Shown here piece after piece: positions 13,908-24,076 of a stretch of DNA of 64,000 nucleotides. The translations under genes and the position numbers were made by a program. The notes beneath the pieces were generated by a model. The model saw only the letters and a list, made by a program, of their open reading frames with translations, was not told the DNA's origin and did not search any database. Position 1 is the stretch's first letter. Every line of letters starts with the position of its first letter. The stretch is from Amoebophrya sp. A120. Its lineage: Eukaryota > Protista > Dinoflagellata. The DNA is taken from the NCBI GenBank assembly GCA_905178155.1, contig CAJINV010000007.1, positions 3,614,265 to 3,678,264 on the forward strand, written 5' to 3'.

Positions 13908-15405
13908 GAGCGGGGTCACAAACTCATTCGTTAACTCCCCACCGGAGTTACGGACCAACCGGCCGGGTGGTCCTTAACTCCGGTGCCCCAAATGTTGCCT
14001 TAGAGAGAGGCAACAACGAAATTAATCCTTATCCGCCCCCCCGGCGAATAAGCCGGGGGTGGGCCCCATCTTGTCCGCGCGCCGACGGGCCGCGCTGGTG
14101 TAGCCTAGGCAAAGTGACCCGGCGCCCTCATTGCCTGGAGGACCCGGATATGCCCACAGCATGCCGTCGGTCTTTGTGGTGTTGAAAAAGTAACAGGCCC
14201 AACATTTGAAAGCGCCACACTGCCGGGGTTGCTTCAGACTAAAGGACGACTGGGCAACATTTGGGGCGCGCTTGGGAAATTCGCCACGCAAGAAACTGCC
14301 GCGCAAGTAGCAACGGACACGCAATTGCAAGATCAGAGCCAGAATCTGCCCTGCAGAAACTGCTGCCATATTTAGCGCGAGGGCCAAGGAGCTTCCTCGC
14401 TTCGCGCCTTCAGGCTATTGGGTTACTTGCTAGACCATGTCGATGCCGCCTTGCTCTTGGGCAGTGGCCTAGGGTCCGAAGCGAGAGGCGCCGCGGGCTA
14501 AGGCTTTGCTTTAGCCTGCGCGCGCGGCTCCCTGAAGGAGGTTCGCCTGTGCAAACCGATGGCCATGGCCGCCCCTGCTTTTGCAATGGGTTCACTCAAA
14601 AAGACAGCAGGGCAGCAATGCCCAGGGTTGCGCACCCAGAGTCCTACCCACTCTATTAAATGTGGAGCGCCGTCGTTGGTAAAATTCCCTCCGGTGGTGT
14701 GCTCAATGTATATCATCGCACGGCAAACACGGCCACGAGGGGGGGGTAGCCATTTTCTGGGCCCCGGGCCGTGTTGTCCAATGTTTGTGGAAGCGCAAAC
14801 ATTGGGAGCGAGCGCAGCCTCCGCCGCGGCCGTAGTATTTATTTGGGCCGTGTAACTGACAGCCCCGCGCGGTCCACCTTTGTTTTCCGCCTTTTTCATG
14901 CCACCGCCGACCGACGTGCTTTAACTCTTCGCACCTTCGGCGCGGCGCAAGTGTTCCTTCGCCCGAAGTGCAGGAAGGCAGGCCATGGGGCCCAGTGAGG
15001 TTTTCTCGCCTCACCCGGTGTCGCAGCCTACTTTTGGGAAACCCGCGCGCCCCCGTTTTGTGCGACGGGTTGTGACTCGCAGCCAGCAGTCGTCGCAAAC
15101 CCCACACGCAGCGGAGCATCGCAGCCACGTAGTACGTAGCAGCGATGAGCGGGCTGTTCCCGGTTTTGGTGTAGCAGCGATGACAGTATCGCAGCCACAT
15201 GACCGGGCTGTTTCCGGTGCTGGTAGCAGTGATGACCGGGCTGTTCCCGGTTCTGGCGATAGCACTTTATTCCGGATTGTTCCCGGTTCTGGGGCTCACC
15301 AGATAGTACGTAAAGCAACATTTTGGGCACCGGAGTTAAGGACCACCCGGCCGGTTGGTCCGTAACTCCGGTGGGGAGTTAACGAATGAGTTTGTGACCC
15401 CGCTC
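13908..15405. mobile_element. Non-autonomous TIR DNA transposon (MITE-like), ~95-bp TIR, TAA TSD
   Basis: GAGCGGGGTCACAAACTCATTCGTTAACTCCCCACCGGAGTTACGG... at 13908, with its near-perfect inverse ending at 15405. TAA at 13905-13907 and 15406-15408. No transposase ORF. A 3-bp TWA TSD is consistent with PIF/Harbinger (inference). Confidence 0.9.
15135..15292 (+). repeat. Degenerate subterminal tandem repeat inside the TIR element
   Basis: Repeated units GTAGCAGCGATGA and (CC)GGGCTGTTCCCGGTT, about 3-4 copies each. Confidence 0.7.
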
Positions 15406-15445
15406 TAAGAGGACGAAAAAATATTAGCTCTATCATCTCAAAAAA

Positions 15446-15883
15446 ATGGGCGACATCTCCGTGCACGTGATTTCCAAACTGGGCAAACCCTCTGTCGCCG
15501 ACGCCACAGTGGAGGTTTTCTACTCGGCCGACAAGTCCACCAAGCTTCTCGGCACCAGCAGCTCTTCCTCCTCGTCGTGGCAACTTCTGTCCACGACCAA
15601 CCTATCCGAGCACGGGGGGAACGACGAACTCGTGAAGCCGGGGGACTTAAAACAGGGCTTGTACGCGATACAGTTCGACTTCGCAAAACTTGACACCGCA
15701 GCCAAGCAACTGTACCGGAAAAACGAGGACGGGTCGTTTGATCCGTTGAACCCCGGCGGCTGGTTTTTGGCGAATTCCTGCGTTTTCGTGTTAGACATAG
15801 CGGACGAGAAGTCGTTCAACCACTTGGTGTTGAGCATCGGGGACAAGGAAATCACTGCTAGACCGGGCGTGAGACAGCACTGA
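15446..15883 (+). CDS. Divergent transthyretin-like protein / 5-hydroxyisourate hydrolase homolog
   Basis: Single 145-aa ORF. ISVHVI..LGKP, WQLL.TTN, LKQGLYAIQFD and NHLVLSI follow the TTR/HIUase pattern. First gene of the purine cluster. The DGR and C-terminal YRGS motifs are altered. Confidence 0.72.
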   Translation: MGDISVHVISKLGKPSVADATVEVFYSADKSTKLLGTSSSSSSSWQLLSTTNLSEHGGNDELVKPGDLKQGLYAIQFDFAKLDTAAKQLYRKNEDGSFDPLNPGGWFLANSCVFVLDIADEKSFNHLVLSIGDKEITARPGVRQH

Positions 15884-16394
15884 TTGTAGTCTTTGTTTTG
15901 AGGAAAAATGGATCCCGAGTACGGTGGCAAGGAATTCCAAGAACCAACTCTAGACGGAGAATAATAAATAAACATCAGGAGCCGCAAGAAAACACGAGTT
16001 GAAGACTCATGCGTCGCGTTGTTTCGCATTGGCATTTGAAACCACTCGTAGTGTTGTTGTTTCTGCTGGACTAGAAGAGTGCGCACTATCTACGATCTAG
16101 AAAAATCACACCTTCCCGCATAGATCATCACAAACCAGAACTACATTGCATGAGAGCGAGAGCGGAGGCAAGTACAATCGAGAGGGAGAGCACGGGCCCT
16201 CAAAAGGGAGTTGTAGGAGCAAGTGAGTAAACGATGATCAGCTTCCATGACCATCTCCGATGAAGTAGGATCCAGCTTATCTATGGATGATCATGATTCA
16301 AGGAAGATCAAAAAAAGAACATCAAGACGAAGGCCATTGGGTGGGCTAAAAATGTGAAGACGGCCGTACTTGCGGTCGTAAGTGTCGTGCCAAC

Positions 16395-19300
16395 ATGATG
16401 TCGGACGACGACTACTGCTCGGAAGTGCCGCACTTCCGCCGGTACTTGCCGTACCCAAGTCTACTCCTAAACAGCACCGAGGACACTTCCATCAATGAGC
16501 TCGAGCGCCAGCTTTTACCAACAGAGGCCGCGAGGAAGGTGTTTCGAAGGCTCCTCCAAGCCCTGTATAAGCCCCAGAAGCTCTCCGCGCTGTTTGCGAA
16601 GCGGGCCGAGGACCGACACTTCGTCGACACCATGACGAAGCACTGTTTCGAAAAGAACCAGGCGAACTTGTTGCGAAAAAATAAATCAACCAGGATTTTT
16701 TCAGACACCAGAGAAGCGGGAGTTGTAAATGACGACTCTTCTTCATACGGGAGGTTCCACGACTGGGTTGATAAGGAGTACCCCACGGTTTTGGGGAAAC
16801 AAGATTTGAGCGGAAGGGTGGTCGTTGGGACAACGAGGGAAAGTTCCTCCAGTACGAGCAAAGCAACCACGTCGTCGCCAACAACTCAGATTGCATCCAA
16901 AGGCAAAAAAGCCGTCGTAACCTACTTCGCTCCTTCGACCACTGCAAAAATCTCTGCCGACGCGATGAACTGCCTGCAGCTTTCCGCATTGGCCGGCTCG
17001 GGTGAACAAATTCCGGAGTCGATCAAAGCCAAGCTGGATTCCAAACAGTACGAGGTAATGTGGGGCGCGGACTGTGAGGATAGTTGCTCCCCCGAGCCAG
17101 TGGAATTCGTCAAATCGTGTAAAAACTTTTTAGAAGCGGCGTACGGGGATGGAATTGGATTCGGAACTACAACTACTGGCATGAAGAAAACATCTCAAAT
17201 TAAACCGGTGCAGCGTCTCCCGGGGCTGGAAGTCCCTTCCGCCGGCCACACAATGACGGAGGACAAGCAAAACCCAGCGCCGCTGCACCTGGTCGCGTTC
17301 TGCTACCATTTGGTCTACTTGTACGAAAAAAATGTTTCATCTTCAAGCGGGAAAGGAAACGCGGAAGACGAAGAGGATGTCGTAGAGGCAGCTCCACTAA
17401 ATTTGCTCTTCTACATTCCCAAAATGGAAACCGCTGCTGAAGCGGAGTACTGGCGGGACCTAGCGGATAGCGCGGAGGAGTTTTTTGCAGCGGAACTGAA
17501 GGCGAAGTTCTTTTTCAAAATCCAATACCTTGTCGTTTTCGAGAACCCCCGCGCGTTTTTGCAGATGGAGGACATCAAAGACGTGCTTTGTCGTGCGGAT
17601 GGGGACCGAAATGTTGACAACCGCAGTGAAAAAAATCCGTCGAACAAGATGAAAACTAAATCGCGTTTCGCTGGCGGGTCACTGGGTTGGCACGACTTCC
17701 TCGCGGCGACCGCAAGGCTTTTCAAGAACGACGGGAACTACGAAATACCGAGAAAATCCAGGCAAGATTTGGTGATCACGAGCATGAAGAAGAGTCACGA
17801 GAAAGTCGCCCGGGTCTGTGCGGGTAGAAGCGGGATCGACAGCACGGACGATGCGGACGGTGTGTCCTCGAGTGCTGATGGATTTGCACCCACGTTCGCT
17901 ATCGGCGGCATGTATGGGGTGATACCGCTACACCTTGCCAATAAAGACAACGATATGGATAAAAATTCCCAGCCAGCTGCAGGAATACAGCCGATGAAAC
18001 CTCCCCCTGCTAGGCAGCTTCCCTCCCTCGACAACTGGATTTACAGCGAACTCGCCGCCTTCACGGGTTTGGTCAAGGATGTCTTCACGCAGCGCGCCCG
18101 CGGCCTGCACGGCTTCTGGATTGCGCAGATAGAGTACGTGCTGCCTGCGCTTCAATTGGTCGAGATGTGGGATAACGCTAGTTCTTGCACGGAAAATGAG
18201 ACAAAGATTGACGATTCCACTGCAGCAACCACAAAAAAGGGGGACATCATCAACCTCACTCAACTGGAAAATGACCTCTCAACCCTGTTCCAACAGCGCG
18301 TTAACACCGTCTTCGACCGTCACTGCGATTTGAAGGAAGGTCTCGCGGCTCTGTCGAAGGCGGGGAAGACGCCGACGAACAGTAAGAGAACGACGAACAT
18401 TCACGCGAGGGAGTCCGTGCAGCCTTGCGTGAAACACGTATTGAAGTTTGTCAAAGAGAGTCTGCTTGTGGTGAATCAGAAAACTGCAGAAATGGCTGAC
18501 CACGCAAGTGCAGCGGCTCCTGGTGCTCTGCATCTTGATTCAGCGATCAAAACTACTGCCCAACAAGAAGCCGCTCTCATCTCAACAACCTCCTACGACG
18601 ACCGCGTGGCCCTCGCTGCGCACGTGACGGAGGACAAAAGATCCTTCGACCACGCGCAAGAAATCCGGTACAACGTACGGCAAAGTCTGCTTTACATGAT
18701 CGCGTGGCTGCAGCGGGACTGCTGCTCCCCGCTGCCGGCGGAACAAATGCTCCCGTCCGCGTCGGTCGGGGACAGCACAAAAGTTCCGGTTTTCGTCCTG
18801 GACGACTTGGCAACCTTGGAAAGGAGTCGCTGGCAGCTGTGGCACGATTTGGTCTACGGGGTTTTTGTATGCATTGCAAAAGTATCGTACTAGTATAAAT
18901 CGCAATACAAATAATTTTTCCAGAAGGAAAAATGGAATTTGTAATGCTGATTTCGCTAAGAAACAAGATTTGTAATGCATGACTGCAATTACTACGAGTG
19001 CGATACTTTTGCACAGGATATTTTGGCGAGGACAAGTTCTTGAAGATTGTCATGGAGGAAAGGGGAAAGATTGAAGAAGATGCTGGGGGGAAAGAAAAAA
19101 CCGATGAAATGACTACGAAGAAGAAAACAACTGGAATATCAACTGCTGTGGCTTGTAAAAATATTGCGGACCTGGCCGTGCGGATTCTGTTGCAACTCGT
19201 GCTGGATCGCTCCAACCCCGTGGAATTCGTGACGGAGCTGCTTGTGCCAGCGACTTTGCTGGTAACGGAACTTTATTTTGGAGAGGGATCTACTTCTACT

Positions 19301-22300
19301 TCATCGTCATCCTCCCTTTCGGCCGACGCGACTGCTTTTTCCGGCACCGTCGACGCGAAGAGCAAGAAAGCGCGTTCTGCTCCATCGTCAAAACGCCAGC
19401 TTGCTGATGAAATTGAAAAACGTCAAGAACTAAATCCACTCCTCAGCCTTCTCTACAAACACGAACGACAACTCCGGGCCACGACGAGCAAGAAGCATTT
19501 CTGGCTTCCGGACGAAAACAAATTTACGGAATTCTGCACCTATTTTGAAAAAATATGTCCAAAAGATGCGGACCTAGCGATCGCGATGGCGCAGAAGCAA
19601 GCGGAAAACGGGGATATCACTTGCGACACTGATTGCCTCACGGCGGTGACGCTCCACTATTCTTTTGGAATAAGCAGCAGTGCAGTTCCTGGAGGAGGTC
19701 CAGCATCTGGAGCAGTTTCAGGTAAAAGCTTCGAAAAAATGCAGGAGCCGTTGTACAATTTGCGGAAACTGTTTTTGGAGGAGGATCACAAGGCTGCTGC
19801 AATTGAAGCAGGAGAACCGGAAGCAGAAGAAGAGGACTCAGCCGCGATCTGGATCTCCGATACCTACCAGTTCCGTTGGCGCAAGTTGAAGAAGACCGCG
19901 GAAAGGATTTTGAAAAGGCACCCGAAAGTCCCCGGGGTGAGCTTTAGCTTGCTCAGGCCGGAAGATCATTATCATGCGACAGGTCCTCGAGGAGCTCCAC
20001 TACGGTGCAAGATCGCGCAAAATATCACCGCCGGTTTTGCGCACGGCGATTTCGAAACGATTTCGGAGCAAAGAGTTGCAGTGGGCGCGAAAGCAAACGG
20101 CGCGTCAAGAACTTCTTCTACTACAGGGACGACGAGTCAGGTGAGCAGTGGCAGAAGGCAACTGAATCTGTGTTACAACGCGAAGGAAAACAAGACTAGC
20201 TCTCCTGACTCCGCATCATACAGAAAGAAATCCTTCTCATGTGTCAGATCATCTTCCGCGACCACCAGCGGATCCAACAGTCAGCTTCCACTCTTAGAAG
20301 AGGAAGAGGACGAGTTGGAGCACAAACCCAATCTCCTCCGACCCGGTCACAAACTCCAAATCGCTTCCCTATCGAAGACGATTGCAGCGGCAATGGCTTT
20401 GGAGCATTTCAAGAAGGAAAAGATCAACGTCTTTACCACGTCCGTGAATGAAGAGTTCAGGAGAATTGCGAGGAAAAGGAAAATGAAGTTGGAAGACACT
20501 TTTCAACTGCAAAATGACCCGTCTTTGATGACGAAAACAAGCGAAGTAGAGGGGGAGACAAAAACGGAGGGCTCGTTCGCCGAATCCGTGAAGATCTGCC
20601 ATTTGATGAACCACTGCGGGTTAGGAATGCACTATATGGCGTTCTCGAGCGTTACATTCTCAACTGTTACATGATTTGTCATGCAAAATGAGCATCAACG
20701 TCCACACGGTGAAGCTACTTCGCATGACAAATTTTTGAAGGGCTAAACAGCATGGGAATCTGTGCCAAAATTGTAATGCAAGAGTTGCAAGATCCGCCCT
20801 TTCCCTGTTGCCATTCTTGCATGACAAATCCATGTAACAGTTGAGAATGTAACAATTGAGAATCCCATACACTACGTGTTTGGCTTGGAGAAAAGACCGA
20901 GGATAAAGTACCTTCTGGACAACCTGGAGAAGCACAAGTACGATCCGGAGGGGTTGATCGTCACTAGGAAACCTGGCTCGAAATTCCAGTACAGCGGCGG
21001 AGGGTTTCTGGTCCTGCAATTGTTGCTCGAGTTTTCCTACGACGATAAGCCGATCGGGGAAATATTGAGGACGGAGTTTCTGGCGAAAGCGGGAGGAAAT
21101 TCTGCTTTGAGGAAGTGGAACGTGTTCTCGACACATGAGGAGCTGTTGGAAGCGAGCACTGGTAGTTTTGGCGTGTTAAATGTTGAAAAACCGAATAAAG
21201 CTAGTGCCGGGACGTCTCCACTTATTCCCGCTGGCATTCCCGAAGGGCAACCACCGAAAATCCCCCCCGGAAGCGAATTTGCCAACGGTTACAAGGACGA
21301 CGGGTCTGTAGTCAGCCGGCTTTTCTTCCCCGAGCTCGCGGCTGGTGGGGAGTGTAGCTGCTTTGAAATGGCGGGATTTCTAGCCGATCTGTGCAATGCG
21401 TACAACGCAACATCAGAGACAGAAAACGATGATGTGCATCAAAGAACTGCAGCTGCTGGTGCAGAAGAACGTTCACCTTCGAACCACTACACCTTCCCGA
21501 TCTCCCACGACACGGCTGTGCAAATGCTGTACACCGACGGCAGGTTGGACAACGGATGTCAAGATTTTATGAAATCGGACCAGGGGCTCGGCACTTTCGT
21601 CACCTCGGTCGGACCCAACAAGGTCGCCTGCCACCAGGCGGCGAACGACGGATTTCGGGGCTTGTACTTAGTCTGTCTCAAAGGCCCCGACTGCGGGAAG
21701 GGAATTGTTTTGGTTTCCAATGGAGACAACGCCGCGGTCCCGTTTAATTGCGAGCTGGTTGCAGAAGTGTTGAGAATCGAGGGCTGGACCGGGTTGAAGA
21801 AGAGGCAAGAGAATGCAAAGCAGAGCACAAGCACTACTATTGCAGCATCTTCTGCCGCAGCTTCTTTCGATGTTGTCAGCCAAAATCTAAAACAAGCGGA
21901 AATTGTGAACCAGGGTCTGAAGCAATTGCTATTCGAGAAGCACTTCCAAGAAGACTTGCCAGCGGACAACCCTACCTGGGTGAAAAAACGGAGGAAGAAG
22001 GACGTTATTTCTGAAGCGAATGTAATATCCCCGTCAACTGTGAAAATCTTGAAGTGCAGCGACCAGCGGTTTTCGAGGGTGTCGAACTTGTTCAACAGTC
22101 AGTTCCTTCCGGTGTTTGAGCTGACCGCCTTCGGCCCCGACGGGAAGATTATGGACAGTTGGGAGACAAAGCGGCATTGCACGATAGAAGAAGGCGACTT
22201 TGTCCGCTTTTCGATTTCTGGTAACCCGCAACAGCGGAACAATTGCTTCAACTTGGTCTACATCAGCACTATTTATCACGACGGGAACCACGCGCCGGGG

Positions 22301-23488
22301 TGTGATTTGCGAATGGTGGATGGAAAAACAGGCGGCGCAATAAAATCTCTCTTCAACGGCAAAATCGAGCTACAGGGCCACTCCGCACATTGGATCTACC
22401 TACCAGAAAAGATCGACCCTTGTTCCGCGGACGATGAAGGAAATAGAACCGTTTTCGAGTTCCGCAACATTCCGGACGGTGGGATCTCCCGCCTTGGCTT
22501 CTTCAATAAGGATTACTTGTTGAGCCGCATTGCGCAGTTGGCAAAGGAGGCGGAAATTGGAGCGGAGGATCCTGAGCAATGGGCGGATTACATGGGATTT
22601 ATGAACTGGTATTACGATCTACCGAAGAAGCCAGCGGAGCCTGAAATTTTCCGAGCCCGCTACAAATTCGAAATCGGTAATCAGCAGAAGGAGCACGACG
22701 ACGCAACTCTTGACAAAGAGAACAGCGAAACTTCTGATGTAAGGGTTTCTGCTGCGGGTAACGTTGCTGCAGATCTTACAGACTCTTTTGCCGAGAATGT
22801 CCGCCTAAGCGCTGCGTCAGATGGCGCATCAAAACCATCGCTATCAAAGTTCGAACTCGTCAAGGTCACCAACCAGCACTATGGGAAGGCAGAGAGACTG
22901 TTTTCCTCAGACCCGCCTCTAGGTATGCATGACGGGTTTGAGACGAAACGAACCCGTGAAGTGGACGGGTTTCAAGAGGCAGTGTTTCGGGTTCCGGTAC
23001 TGATAGATAATTTCTAGATGAATCTAGGTACTTCTACTTTCTACAATACATGTTTGCGTTTGTGATTCCTGTATTCTTTGAACATACTGCTTCAGTTTTA
23101 CCTACGTCAACGAAAAAGAACCAAAACTTTTGTACAAAACAAACACCAGCATTCCCTGCTCCACGGCACGAGAACGAGCAGGCAGAAGCTTTCCGGCGCG
23201 GAGTTCGACTTTACCTATTTCGTCAACAACAATCCATCCTATGTCGAACTGCTATTGGGTGATTCGGAAACCGACCTGACCACCCAGCTGGTGCCAAAAA
23301 CGTTTTCCAAGCCGTACCGGGGAGACAAGATGGTGGTACCGATTACGGTGCAGCACGAGTTTGAAGAGGACAGTAGCGACGAGGAAGAGGAAATATTAGC
23401 ACAGCAGTTTGTCTTCATTGCAGTGAGGCTGTTCCCCTGTGGAGGGGTGAACAGGTTGAAATTTTTGTACAACGCTGGAGGTTCTTGA
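16395..23488 (+). CDS. Triple fusion: malate synthase-like + beta-lactamase-family (SxxK) serine hydrolase + allantoicase (~2,170 aa, 4 exons)
   Basis: Exons 16395-18867, 19026-20634, 20875-22996 and ~23186-23488 (last acceptor uncertain). Malate synthase motifs: GADCEDSCSP, FYIPKMETAAEAEYW, VVFEN, AIGGMYGVIP, GLHGFWIA, LDDLATLERSRWQLW. Serine hydrolase motifs: KVPGVS, QIASLSK, HLMNHCG, PGSKFQYSGGGF, FPELAAGG, HQAANDGF. Allantoicase repeats: MDSWETKRH...DGNHAP...PDGGISRL and HDGFETKR...FVNNNP...PCGGVNRL. Both domain junctions lie inside uninterrupted ORFs. Confidence 0.87.
18868..19020. mobile_element. Introner family A copy (5-bp DR TTTTG)
   Basis: TATGCATTGCAAAAGTATCGTACT...AGTGCGATACTTTTGCACAGGATA. 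TTTTG at 18863-18867 and 19021-19025. Removal gives YGVFG-EDKF in frame, whereas the nearby GT(18861)-AG(19016) pair does not restore frame. Confidence 0.9.
20635..20869. mobile_element. Introner family B copy, opposite orientation (5-bp DR CACTA)
   Basis: TATGGCGTTCTC...GAGAATCCCATA. CACTA at 20630-20634 and 20870-20874. Removal gives GMHY-VFGL. The interior is the reverse complement of the 6116-6443 interior. Confidence 0.92.
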
Positions 23489-24076
23489 TCAAGATCGACG
23501 TCCTATCGATGATTCTGTGCGATACTACCGTGGACTTTTTCAAGGAAATTTTTGCAAGAGACCTATATCATGTACATCTTTGGACCGCAGATCGGTTTTG
23601 CGCATGCAGTTTCAATTTGAGTTTTTCCACGCAAGCAATAGCAAACAATAACAATCCATTTCTTGCTGGTATCTATCTGCTCGGAGGTGCAGGCGCTTCT
23701 ACAACCAAATACCTTGGCCGGCGTCGCCCTAGTGGTAGTGCTTCGTAGCGGAGGTGATCAGCTCATGCACAGCATTACCATCACCATCACGAACACGAGC
23801 GCACCATTGAGACCATTAAGATAAGCGAGAGTCTCAGTGAAGAATGCTTTGGGTTCGGACCACAACCTGGAGCGGCTAGAAGCAGAAAGTGTTGAGAATG
23901 AGAGCACCTGCGGCCAGCTAGGAGGGAGAGCGAGCGCGAGTGTCACGGATCTAATTCCGATTGTTTTTCTACGAGGTTCGTATGAGCTTCAAATGCCAAC
24001 GCGCGAGTAAAGATTCACTTTATTCACCAGGAGAAGATTCAAAGCAAAGCTGCAACCCGTTTCTCCAGCAGCGACC

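Noticed and set aside
14746-14756. GTAGCCATTTT resembling the dinoflagellate spliced leader
   Set aside because: Only 11 nt match, the GGCTCAAG end is missing, and it lies inside a TIR element. Not enough for an SL gene or relic.
15135-15292. Repeat-spacer-like pattern as a possible CRISPR array
   Set aside because: Degenerate tandem units inside a transposon, no unique constant-length spacers, no cas genes, and a eukaryotic context.
12019-15365. Many overlapping 100-220 aa ORFs in GC-rich DNA as a possible transposase or other genes
   Set aside because: Arg/Gly/Pro/Ala-rich in all six frames, as expected from stop-poor GC-rich DNA. No DDE, RT or other motif.
18861-19016. Apparent canonical GT-AG intron in the malate synthase region
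   Set aside because: Splicing at these sites shifts the frame, whereas the TAT...ATA+5 nt excision (18868-19025) restores it.
19880-21800. Antibiotic-resistance beta-lactamase
   Set aside because: The SxxK fold is shared by many amidases and esterases. The domain has no signal peptide and is fused inside a purine-catabolic protein, so a resistance role is unsupported.
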